A stretch of DNA of 32,000 nucleotides from Candidatus Woesearchaeota archaeon (GCA_937906345.1 CALCXY010000052.1:1-32000); one strand, 5' to 3'. Counted from the first letter of the stretch, positions 1 to 8,361 are shown. The notes: generated from the letters alone by a model not told the origin. Translations and numbers: made by a program.

Positions 1-62
1 ACATCTTCTGGTACTGTTTCTTGTTCTACATATGCTTGTAGAATGTCTTCAAGTTTTTCCAT
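1..62 (-). CDS. hypothetical protein, first 20 codons only (gene runs off the left edge); paralog of the 357-aa protein
   Basis: Reverse complement of 1-62 reads MEKLEDILQAYVEQETVPED. This matches MEMAELEDILQAYVEKETVPED at the N-terminus of ORF 49..1122. The ATG (60-62) overlaps that ORF's stop by 14 nt. It is absent from the ORF track because it has no stop in the window. Confidence 0.55.
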   Translation of the reverse strand, partial: MEKLEDILQAYVEQETVPED

Positions 63-65
63 TTT
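3..65. repeat. direct repeat of the gene-junction sequence, copy 1 (pairs with 1057-1119)
   Basis: 55 of 63 nt are identical. The repeat covers the overlapping stop/start junction plus the first ~20 codons of each paralog. Confidence 0.9.
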
Positions 66-1122
66 GACCCTTCTTACTGTGATATGACCAGTGATCAGCA
101 ATTCGGGGATCTAACTTGGCAACTTCTGCCACCAGAGAATTTAAATTTTCACCACCCTTACGTTGTCTCCTGTCTACCATGGTCACAAGACGTCTTGGCT
201 TCCTGTTATATTTTACATTTAGAGGCACATCTGTTTTCATGTAATTTGCATTGAAATTTCTGTCAGGGTTATGTGAAAGATAATGTCTAAAATAAATCAT
301 TAAGGCCGAGACAGTTTCTGATTTATCAAATTTAGGTCTGATCTGCCACTCCTTTAAGATATTTGGATCAATTACACCACAAAGCTCTAAAATGTAGTAA
401 AATCCTCCTTTTTCAGCTAGATTCTTGTTTGCATTCTGAAAAAGATTTGCTGCCTTAGTGCCAAATTTTTTTTGTACTTCTGGATTTGAAAGGAAACTCA
501 GATTAAGCCTTTGAATATCTTGTTGATCCTTATAGATTTGATAAACATCCAAGAGAATCTGCACGGCCTCAGACTGATTAAACTTTGCTATTGGGTTCCA
601 ATGTTTAAACACATCTACATTCTTGCACGTAGATAAATTCACTATGTATTCCATACCTTCAGCAAATGTTCTTCGGGCTCCTTTATAGATATCTGCACCT
701 CCTATTTCCTTTCTTCTCAAGTATGATGATCCGAATCTCTCCTGGCTACACATATCCAGATAACCTTTTAGTATTATTAAAAATTTATTCGCCCAATGAA
801 CAGCATTAATTACTTTTCGAGCTTGTCGATTTCGTAATTGGGCAAATCTAAGTGTAGTTCCATCCCCTTGTAGATACCTTGGCTTTTTTTTTAATAACAT
901 CGGTAACTGCTCTAGGTCAACCAGAGGTATATCTAGATAAGTTGCTAGTAAAGAGTAATTTTTAAAAGCTTTAATCTCTTGCAAGATCTGAGGTCTCTCT
1001 TCTCTCTCTCTATTGAAATTATTAAGTAAATTTACTGCCTTTGGATACTCTAAAATATCTTCTGGTACTGTTTCCTTTTCCACGTATGCTTGTAGAATGT
1101 CCTCAAGTTCTGCCATTTCCAT
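49..1122 (-). CDS. hypothetical protein (357 aa) with an internal repeat; no family recognised
   Basis: Long ORF whose start overlaps the stop of the upstream SNF2-MTase gene by 20 nt. Internal repeat: HWNPIAKFNQSEAVQILLDVYQIY (aa 174-197) versus EWQIRPKFDKSETVSALMIYFRHY (aa 258-281). Confidence 0.7.
   Translation of the reverse strand: MEMAELEDILQAYVEKETVPEDILEYPKAVNLLNNFNREREERPQILQEIKAFKNYSLLATYLDIPLVDLEQLPMLLKKKPRYLQGDGTTLRFAQLRNRQARKVINAVHWANKFLIILKGYLDMCSQERFGSSYLRRKEIGGADIYKGARRTFAEGMEYIVNLSTCKNVDVFKHWNPIAKFNQSEAVQILLDVYQIYKDQQDIQRLNLSFLSNPEVQKKFGTKAANLFQNANKNLAEKGGFYYILELCGVIDPNILKEWQIRPKFDKSETVSALMIYFRHYLSHNPDRNFNANYMKTDVPLNVKYNRKPRRLVTMVDRRQRKGGENLNSLVAEVAKLDPRIADHWSYHSKKGQNGKT
1057..1119. 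repeat. direct repeat of the gene-junction sequence, copy 2
   Basis: See copy 1. Confidence 0.9.
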
Positions 1123-4100
1123 TCTCTCCTACTAGTTTTACAATATTAGAGGGTAATTGCTCGTACGGCAGAGACACATACCTTCCATTCTTGTGATCCA
1201 CTAAGCCGATTGTAGGAGAATCTTTCATCACATAGAATGAAAAATCCCCCTCTCTTCGAACGTAAAGTGCACTGGCTTCTAAACTGTCAAGAACTTCCTG
1301 AGGCATTTTCTCTTCAGAATCTTCATCCCTCATTTTTGGCTTTTCAAATAGCACTAATTTTCTGTCTTGACCTACTGCATCCTTACTTTTCTTATACTGC
1401 CAGAGATGATAACATCCTTTTTCCTCCCGACACAAAAATTCAAGCCCAAAATCAGATGCAAGAGCCTCATTCACTTTCTCCAGATGTTCGTCAGGATACA
1501 AATTTCTGTGTGTTCCAACATAGAATTTTCCATCAGGAACTATCACTCTATTGACTTCATTCATCAGCATCCAAAGATCATCATCAGAAGTATAGTGCAG
1601 ACTGAGTATTGAGCTTACTGAATCAAAATATTTATCATCAAAGGGAAGATTATAAAAATCACCGAGAAAATTCCTGCTCAGCGGAGAGTGCTTCTCAGCG
1701 AGCCTTAATTGAAATGGATTCATATCTACATTATAAATTTCTCTTCCTAATGCTCTCGAGAGAATTCCATTGCCTCCTCCTAAATCAAGCAATCTCTCAT
1801 ATCCATGCTGTTTGATATATTCTGCTACCCAAGGATTTATGCCTAAACTAACCTTGCTTCTATTTAGCTCAATAGCTAAGGTCTCTGCCCTTCTTATCTT
1901 CTCTTTAACTTCTTCACTTGGATTCTGATCCTTAAGCTCTTCTTCGCTGATTCCAATGGCTTTTGTTACATACTTCCTTCCTTTTCCAAATAAGTCTCTG
2001 AGAATTTCGTTTGCAGCTCTCTTTAAACGCTTCTTTATCCTTTCATTTTCTTGCGGCTTTTCCCAATTCTTGATCTCTCTTTGCTCTTGGGGTGTTAGCA
2101 ATCCTGAATTAAGGATTAAGTCATAATACACTTTTCTGTCATTGACGAGCTCCCATATTCCTTCATCAATAGTGTTCTCAGTCAGTAAAACATCAATATC
2201 AACATCATGTTTTTGTCCTTCTCTATGCAGCCTCTTCATCCACTGGTAAAATTCATCCCATGTGTACGGCAAGTCAAGGGCAATTCCATAACTTGCTCCA
2301 ACAAGGCTAATTCCTTCCTTCATAGTTGGAAGTGACACAAAGAGAACTTCTGTATTTCCTTGATTAAAGCGTTTCATAGCTGCTTGACGATCAGAAATCT
2401 GTTGTCCTTTTTTCTTCAGGGCTGGAACATCTCCATCTATCCTGTCTGTTACATACCACTGGCCAAAATAATCTGCAAGCTTATCAGTTACTCCGTTTTT
2501 AAAAAACGAGGTGCAGACCACTACTTTTCTATTTTTTGGAAGATCTCCAGCGTCTCTTTTTTGATTATATTCATCAACTGCTTTGAAATAATCCTCAATC
2601 ATGGACTCTAACATTACATATTTAGGAGCCTGAAAATCAATGTCAAATACTTCACTGTAACGTGTAAGTAATTCATCATCATGTCGAATATCTTCTCCTC
2701 TCACTCTACTGCCAAGAAGATTTGGATCTAGCGCTATTTTTCTTAATAAAATAAGTCTTTGCAATGGTTTGAGCCTATCTCCTCTATTAAGGATATATTC
2801 ATACATGCTCTTGATTGTATCATCTAATGGAACAAGGACCTCTCTCTCACATCTAGAAGGTAAGTCAAGCACGTCTTCACTCCTTCTTCTCAACATATAA
2901 GGTTTCAGATAAGCTCTTACATACCTTGCATCTCCTGCTAGAATCTCATTGAGGTCTTTACCTCTAGAATCAAATCCAGTAGCATAAAAATACAGGTCTA
3001 GATCTTTTCTGCCAAGTGGGAATGGAGTACCTGTGCTAATAACTTTTCTAGATACTTTGTTCATCAGCTCTCTTACAGCAAGGCCTCTATGTGTTGTCTG
3101 GCCTTTTGCGTTCTGGGATTCATCAACACAGAGCAGCTGATAATCTTGGTCAATTAATTTTTTTAACACAGAATCATGCTCATTGAGATGCAGAATCTTT
3201 GCATATAGTTCTACAATCTCTTCACGACCTAACTGAGAAAGTTCTTCTGCCTTAACCTGGTACGTATTTCCAGGTCGTTTCATTAGTGCCTTCACCTCTT
3301 TTCTCAACTCTGTGATTTTTTTGTCTGTTACGTTTTCTTTTACCAGTTCTATTTCATCAGGGCTAATATCGAATTCATCTAATTCATTCAATTTCCAATC
3401 TTTTCTAAAAATGAGCTCATAATTTACAATTGTAAATGCAGCTGTATCTAATTTTACATACTGTTCTTTACGAGTGGCTCCATTCAACACAACAATGTCC
3501 TCTTCAATCTTGTATTTTCCTTGAAAATAATTTTTCAGCTCTTCTGCAAAAGTTTCTTTTACAGTGTTAGGCGTGATTACTAATGTCTTGACAGCTCTTG
3601 CTTTATCTACAGATATACCTGCTGCAATGGCTTCAAGCTGTCCCATATACTCCGCTGATAATCCCATCTGAGCTGTCTTGCCTGTACCGCAATCATCAAA
3701 GAGGAATGTAATCTCATTTCCTTTCCGTTTCAGCTTAGCATAGAATTCAACTAGCTGATCTCTTCCAAAATCAGCAAGATACGCTTGAACTTCATCTCCT
3801 TCAATCCTTCCAGCTAGATCTTCAACTATTGCAACACGTAAACCATTATCTGGTATCTCCCTTAACTCTCTTGTTCTTTGCTCTAACTCTAACCAATTAA
3901 GCTGATGATCCTGAATATCTTCAAGGCTCCACTGCTCAGGTTTGTAGTCTCTACAAACAACAGCAATGCCTTCCTTTTGGTAAAAGCTTGGGAAAGCCCG
4001 AGTACCTATTCTAGCAGGAATTCCATGAATAGTCAGGTTATTAATATGATCATATTCTTCCCATAGTTCTTTATACATCTTTCTAGCTTCATCATGCTTA

Positions 4101-4858
4101 GAATTTTCTTCATTTTGCATTAGCTGCAAAAGAATATCATCCACCATAATCTTGCAAGTAGCTTCGTATTCAGGGTCTTCTGCATTCATACCTTTGAGCC
4201 CATCATATAATCTTTTTCGCATCCTATTTTTCTCTATATTGCGAATAGCATCATAACACATGCTTGGTAAGGATTTATTAGAAAGCTTGATCTCTTCAAT
4301 AATATGGTCTGCTGTGGGAATTTCAGGAATTTTAGGTTTCTTTCTTTCACTACGTATTCTGCCTAAATAATCTCGTAATCCTCTTACTTTTTCGAACAAT
4401 TCATCTCCCATATTTTTCAATTTATCTCGATGTATTACATACAATAATTCTGCTAGCTCATCCTCAACACCTTCATCCAATACGTCTTGGGCCCAATCCA
4501 GAAGCATATGCATAAGGGGGTCATCTTGATTAATACAATCCTCAATGCTTTTTTCCCCATTTATCTGAGCAGAAGTGTGATTATCTAAATCCAGAGCCAT
4601 TGTGGTATATGTAGGACGATAATTTGGAGCTTTTGGATTTGATTTATCAACTTCACCTATTTGATTTAGCAAAACCTCAGAAGGTAGTCTTCCTGTTTCA
4701 TTTGCTTGATCTTCGATATACTTCCTAAAATCAGAATGCTTATTCTCAAGGAAATCTGGTATCTTGAAGCTTTCTCCATCTACCATTTTTGTCATAAGGG
4801 AGATATTCATATCTGTGATAATTTTTGCAATGTCCTCTAGGGAAAACTCATTTACCAT
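1103..4858 (-). CDS. SNF2-family ATPase/helicase fused to a C-terminal class I SAM-dependent methyltransferase (1251 aa)
   Basis: SNF2 motifs: DDCGTGKT (Walker A, nt ~3677-3697), LLCVDESQNAK (motif II, ~3113-3130), STGTPF, LKPYMLRRR, VVVCTSF, MKEGISL, MKRLHREGQ (motif VI, ~2209-2245). MTase motifs: LLDLGGGNG (motif I, ~1768-1790), FDSVSSILSLHY, VIVPDGKFYV. The first ~380 aa and last ~120 aa are unassigned. Confidence 0.9.
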   Translation of the reverse strand: MVNEFSLEDIAKIITDMNISLMTKMVDGESFKIPDFLENKHSDFRKYIEDQANETGRLPSEVLLNQIGEVDKSNPKAPNYRPTYTTMALDLDNHTSAQINGEKSIEDCINQDDPLMHMLLDWAQDVLDEGVEDELAELLYVIHRDKLKNMGDELFEKVRGLRDYLGRIRSERKKPKIPEIPTADHIIEEIKLSNKSLPSMCYDAIRNIEKNRMRKRLYDGLKGMNAEDPEYEATCKIMVDDILLQLMQNEENSKHDEARKMYKELWEEYDHINNLTIHGIPARIGTRAFPSFYQKEGIAVVCRDYKPEQWSLEDIQDHQLNWLELEQRTRELREIPDNGLRVAIVEDLAGRIEGDEVQAYLADFGRDQLVEFYAKLKRKGNEITFLFDDCGTGKTAQMGLSAEYMGQLEAIAAGISVDKARAVKTLVITPNTVKETFAEELKNYFQGKYKIEEDIVVLNGATRKEQYVKLDTAAFTIVNYELIFRKDWKLNELDEFDISPDEIELVKENVTDKKITELRKEVKALMKRPGNTYQVKAEELSQLGREEIVELYAKILHLNEHDSVLKKLIDQDYQLLCVDESQNAKGQTTHRGLAVRELMNKVSRKVISTGTPFPLGRKDLDLYFYATGFDSRGKDLNEILAGDARYVRAYLKPYMLRRRSEDVLDLPSRCEREVLVPLDDTIKSMYEYILNRGDRLKPLQRLILLRKIALDPNLLGSRVRGEDIRHDDELLTRYSEVFDIDFQAPKYVMLESMIEDYFKAVDEYNQKRDAGDLPKNRKVVVCTSFFKNGVTDKLADYFGQWYVTDRIDGDVPALKKKGQQISDRQAAMKRFNQGNTEVLFVSLPTMKEGISLVGASYGIALDLPYTWDEFYQWMKRLHREGQKHDVDIDVLLTENTIDEGIWELVNDRKVYYDLILNSGLLTPQEQREIKNWEKPQENERIKKRLKRAANEILRDLFGKGRKYVTKAIGISEEELKDQNPSEEVKEKIRRAETLAIELNRSKVSLGINPWVAEYIKQHGYERLLDLGGGNGILSRALGREIYNVDMNPFQLRLAEKHSPLSRNFLGDFYNLPFDDKYFDSVSSILSLHYTSDDDLWMLMNEVNRVIVPDGKFYVGTHRNLYPDEHLEKVNEALASDFGLEFLCREEKGCYHLWQYKKSKDAVGQDRKLVLFEKPKMRDEDSEEKMPQEVLDSLEASALYVRREGDFSFYVMKDSPTIGLVDHKNGRYVSLPYEQLPSNIVKLVGENGNGRT

Positions 4859-4880
4859 ACAGAAGCCGATAAACTCATCA

Positions 4881-4888
4881 TATATAAA
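4881..4888 (-). promoter_or_regulatory. TATA box (TTTATATA on minus strand) about 22 nt upstream of the SNF2-MTase ATG; leaderless-type promoter
   Basis: Plus-strand tatataaa at 4881-4888. The same TTTATATA-22 nt-ATG geometry occurs at 31621-31628 in front of the Hel308-type gene. Confidence 0.5.
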
Positions 4889-4944
4889 TGTTTCTATTTT
4901 TTACTACTAGATAGTGAATACTTTATAAGGATATGTATTTGAAA

Positions 4945-5661
4945 TTAGATCGGAAATTCGCTCCTAAGCTGAAAAGAAAAAATTAAAGCATATCTGTCTT
5001 CAGGGATGGTATTTGAAACCCAGTGACTGTTTGATGCGTCAATTATAGCAATTTCATCATTGGCAAGATTGATTCTAGATTCCTTACCATTAACTTTGAG
5101 ACACAATGGTTCACCTTCAGGCTTGGCAGTTATAATATAATTTGCATCTTTATGAGGAGGAACTTTGTACTCATGTTCAGGTGTATGACGATATCGTGCA
5201 GAAACCAAGTCTGTGTACCCCACGTGATCATCCAAGAAAATTGTACAGAATCTCCTTGCAATCCAATCCATTTTTCGCATGCACTGCATTAATCCCTGCT
5301 CAAATCCAGGAAAATCTTTCTCAGTTTGCCATGTTCTTTGGCCTTCCTGGGTTTTTTCTTCCTGATATATTTGACTAAATCTAGTGGATGTCATGTTAAA
5401 GTACTCAGCTAATGCATCCTCAGGATTATCTCCTATATAATTATACCCTCCCATAATTTGGGGATTTTCTGCTAGATATAATCTTTTCCTATCAGAATCA
5501 AAAAATCGCCGAGATTGTTCATATACAGTATCAATTAGCTTTAAAGAATATCCCTTTAAAATAAGATATCCATCACGATTAAGATTTTCAGTAAAGGGGC
5601 AGCCAGGTTTGAGTTTGTAGAATTGACTTAAGGCCAAAGAATCAACATTTTGCTTGTTCAT
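4945..5661 (-). CDS. 2-oxoglutarate/Fe(II)-dependent oxygenase (238 aa)
   Basis: PPHKDANY (HxD), SNSHWVSN (distal His) and RYALIFSF (RxS, 2OG-binding Arg) occur in the expected order and spacing. N-terminal DGYLILKGY...RRFF resembles the DIOX_N region of IPNS/flavonol-synthase-like enzymes. Confidence 0.8.
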   Translation of the reverse strand: MNKQNVDSLALSQFYKLKPGCPFTENLNRDGYLILKGYSLKLIDTVYEQSRRFFDSDRKRLYLAENPQIMGGYNYIGDNPEDALAEYFNMTSTRFSQIYQEEKTQEGQRTWQTEKDFPGFEQGLMQCMRKMDWIARRFCTIFLDDHVGYTDLVSARYRHTPEHEYKVPPHKDANYIITAKPEGEPLCLKVNGKESRINLANDEIAIIDASNSHWVSNTIPEDRYALIFSFQLRSEFPI

Positions 5662-5693
5662 TTTACTCTTGAATTTGTTCTAAAGAAAAGATA

Positions 5694-6656
5694 CTAAGAA
5701 GTACCGAACACTGTGAATTTATCCCCTTTATGCTTTTGTATTTTTTCCTTGGATGTATAGGGGCCTATAATACTAAGTTTTCCTCCTGATCTTACTCCAT
5801 TATCAGGAAGGGTTACTATATCAAAATTAGATTGGTAAGGATCTTCTTTCCTTCCAGGCATATAAGTTAATTTGGTTACTGCATTTTTTGGATTTGAAGG
5901 ATCAAGGGTTGTAAGGCCTTCTCTTGGAACTGAATCTCCAATAATGCTCACTTCACCCCCAAGAGCCAATCCATCTAGTGCATCAGAATTATCCTTAATG
6001 ATGTTAAGAGCTTTACTGACCTTTCCAGGACCATCTAAATACTCATTTCCAACATTAGCCTCGGTGATCATTACACATGAAGGAACATTAGCAGCTTCTG
6101 TGCCAATATTTAACAATCGTGCGCCATACATAAATTTCATGACAAAAAGTGATCCTGGAGCATATTTCATGCCCTTTCGAGCTTTAGTTTCTTTTCCATC
6201 TGGAAATCCTTCAAAAGATTCTGCTCCTATAATTCTTCCTGACATAAAGCTATTTCCACCATTTTCATAGGTCCGTATAATCCATCTTCCAATAAGATCC
6301 TGAGCTACTTTACAAGCATTTTTAGCATATCTGTTGTCAGCATTTTGGTTAATTCCATATACGAATAAACCATTAGGAGCATCAATCTGCATATACTCTG
6401 CAATATCTTTGTCTTTTTTTATTCCATCTATTACAGTATCTACTGATGTAAGACCTACGAATGGCTGATTATCAGGTTTTTTAGAGCTAATCTGTAAATC
6501 TCCTCTCAACTGGGCAAGATCAGGGTTCTCAGAATCCAAGACTTGATTGTCTGTTGCTACAGATACAATACGCACAGGATTAATACCTTTTCCATCTTCT
6601 CCAATTCGAATCAACCATTTTCCAACAGTTTCATTAGTTAGATAATCTATATTCAT
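5694..6656 (-). CDS. AAG/MPG-fold (3-methyladenine DNA glycosylase family) -like protein with extra N- and C-terminal regions (320 aa)
   Basis: aa ~109-240 match, from memory, the conserved blocks of the Pur_DNA_glyco family. VAQDLIGRWII corresponds to VA..LLGk.Lv. GRIIGAESFEG corresponds to GRIVETEAY.G, with the catalytic-position Glu kept at E146 (nt 6219-6221). MKYAPGSLFVMKFMYGARLLNI corresponds to MF..PG.lYVY.iYG....NI. LDGPGKVSKALNI corresponds to l.GPgKL.qAl.I. Confidence 0.6.
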   Translation of the reverse strand: MNIDYLTNETVGKWLIRIGEDGKGINPVRIVSVATDNQVLDSENPDLAQLRGDLQISSKKPDNQPFVGLTSVDTVIDGIKKDKDIAEYMQIDAPNGLFVYGINQNADNRYAKNACKVAQDLIGRWIIRTYENGGNSFMSGRIIGAESFEGFPDGKETKARKGMKYAPGSLFVMKFMYGARLLNIGTEAANVPSCVMITEANVGNEYLDGPGKVSKALNIIKDNSDALDGLALGGEVSIIGDSVPREGLTTLDPSNPKNAVTKLTYMPGRKEDPYQSNFDIVTLPDNGVRSGGKLSIIGPYTSKEKIQKHKGDKFTVFGTS

Positions 6657-6818
6657 TTAATATCAGCATAAGAAAACATCATCTTATATTTAAATGTTTC
6701 CCTTATGACTACTTATAAGTAATAGTAAAATTTATAAAGAATATAATATTTGTAATCAATTAATATAGTAGAACTGCATGTAAAGTGTGTAAGGTTACTT
6801 TAAATTTTTTAAATTAAA

Positions 6819-7364
6819 ATGAATAAAACAATATCTCAACCTCTCGCTGATGGAACTAACAGCAAACCAGAACCCTATTATACTGCGGAATTGTATGAGA
6901 TAAGAGGAATAATGCCTTTCTTGGAGCATATAGAGCAATATTTGAGTGGTGATAGAACTGTTCCAGTTATTAGGACTGAAGATCATACCTCAAGGACCAA
7001 TCAGAATAGTGATGTATTCTGCACATTTTCTGATGATCTAATGAGACTATTTCTAGATGAAAAAAATGGATTAGAAAAACCCTATGAGGTAGCCTTAAAA
7101 TATGGGTTTAGGGGTTTTAGCAGAGGAGGTCGAAATGGAATTTTCTATCAAAGAAAGAAAGATGATGGTATGAAAGGGGTTACAGATTCTCTAATGTTAA
7201 AAAATACTGAAATGTTAAGTTTAGACTTAGATGTTCCTATTGATCACTTGGATGAACTTAAGAAAGTCAAAATTGTCTGGCATAATCCACAAGGACCAAG
7301 AGTGGTAGGAGCATATAATACTATTAAGCAGAGAATAGTATTTCTAGATTTTGCAAATTACTAA
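6819..7364 (+). CDS. hypothetical protein (181 aa)
   Basis: ORF in the high-GC island, divergent from the glycosylase-like gene. Its stop (7362-7364) overlaps the stop of the convergent gene 7361..8284. No motif recognised. Confidence 0.55.
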   Translation: MNKTISQPLADGTNSKPEPYYTAELYEIRGIMPFLEHIEQYLSGDRTVPVIRTEDHTSRTNQNSDVFCTFSDDLMRLFLDEKNGLEKPYEVALKYGFRGFSRGGRNGIFYQRKKDDGMKGVTDSLMLKNTEMLSLDLDVPIDHLDELKKVKIVWHNPQGPRVVGAYNTIKQRIVFLDFANY

Positions 7365-8284
7365 GCAGCTTCTATATTTTCTATATAAACTCCTCTAGGA
7401 AACTTGAATTCCTGCAAGCTATTAGACTGAGGAATAGGTCCAGCTTTTGGAACTAATGCTGTAGAGAAGAATATAATCCTAATCCCTCCCACAACTCCGA
7501 TCTGCCCAAAGAAATTCCTCCGCTCATCATCTGACATACTGCTTACTCTAGCCATAACAGCTGGAGGACAGTTAAAAACTCCAATTAAATCGCCTTTTTG
7601 TCTTCCGGCTGAACCAACTAAGGCTCCACCAGAAAGAGTCTTTTTTACCTCTGCTTTACTCATAGCTCTACCATAAATTCTAGGTGATGGGTAATAACTA
7701 TCCTTTTCAAATTGATCAAGTTTCATATTTATTTGTCTCAATATATCTATAAAGATTATAATTTGATTTGTTGTCTTTTCTAGTCCATCAAAACATCGCT
7801 TCACCCTTCCAGATAAGGCATGCTTATGGATTTTTAATCCATCTTTTAAAAGTTCTGATAGCAAGATAGTATTTCCTCTTGCTCTTTCTGACAAATTAAA
7901 GGCATTGTTCATATATTGAGTAAAGATGATTCTCAGCGGCAATTTCTCATCCAGATACACCTCATAATCCTGTTGAATTATTTTTAATAATTTACGTGCT
8001 TTCTTAATTTTGTACCGAATATCCTGCTCAATAGCTTTAACCTTTCTGAACTCTTCACCTAATTTTTCTAGATTCTCAATATGTACTTGACTTACTTTCA
8101 GTGTGTATCTGTGTATAACAAACCCGTGTTTTGCAAGCACATGATCCTCTAAGAATTCCTCTTGCTTCACCATAGTTCTTAACAGGTCTTCAAGAGTCTT
8201 GAACCTAGTATACAAATCTAAAATAAGGGCATATGCTTCTCTCATACGGATATTATACAATAAACTATTTAAAAACATTTGCAT
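7361..8284 (-). CDS. hypothetical protein (307 aa): helical/coiled-coil N-terminal ~190 aa plus Gly-rich C-terminal ~110-aa domain
   Basis: Long ORF with island-like composition. The N-terminal half is rich in heptad-like K/E/L stretches. The C-terminal domain is unassigned. Confidence 0.6.
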   Translation of the reverse strand: MQMFLNSLLYNIRMREAYALILDLYTRFKTLEDLLRTMVKQEEFLEDHVLAKHGFVIHRYTLKVSQVHIENLEKLGEEFRKVKAIEQDIRYKIKKARKLLKIIQQDYEVYLDEKLPLRIIFTQYMNNAFNLSERARGNTILLSELLKDGLKIHKHALSGRVKRCFDGLEKTTNQIIIFIDILRQINMKLDQFEKDSYYPSPRIYGRAMSKAEVKKTLSGGALVGSAGRQKGDLIGVFNCPPAVMARVSSMSDDERRNFFGQIGVVGGIRIIFFSTALVPKAGPIPQSNSLQEFKFPRGVYIENIEAA

Positions 8285-8361
8285 AATTATTGTGCAGAGA
8301 TTAATTTCAATACCTAAACTCTGCAGCGGCCCTCATGTAAAAAACACTAAAGAACTTGGAA

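Noticed and set aside
1237-2611. Four plus-strand ORFs (1237..1554, 1367..1612, 1609..1815, 2360..2611) inside the SNF2-MTase gene
   Set aside because: They lie antisense to a 1251-aa ORF with intact multi-domain motifs. Their translations are low-complexity (L/F/S/I-rich) with no motifs, as expected for shadow ORFs.
5142-6270. Plus-strand ORFs 5142..5378 and 5872..6270 opposite the oxygenase and glycosylase-like genes
   Set aside because: They are antisense shadows of ORFs that carry recognisable catalytic motifs. They have no start context or motifs of their own.
7361-7720. C-terminal domain of the 307-aa protein as an R-S-E ADP-ribosyltransferase toxin (IYGR ... FFSTAL ... [11 protein letters not shown])
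   Set aside because: The pattern is only superficially similar. The first motif is YGR, not [YF]RG. The ST-to-Glu spacing of ~19 aa is much shorter than in known ARTs. The Glu is not in a [QE]xE context. This is not enough to make the call without a profile or structure search.
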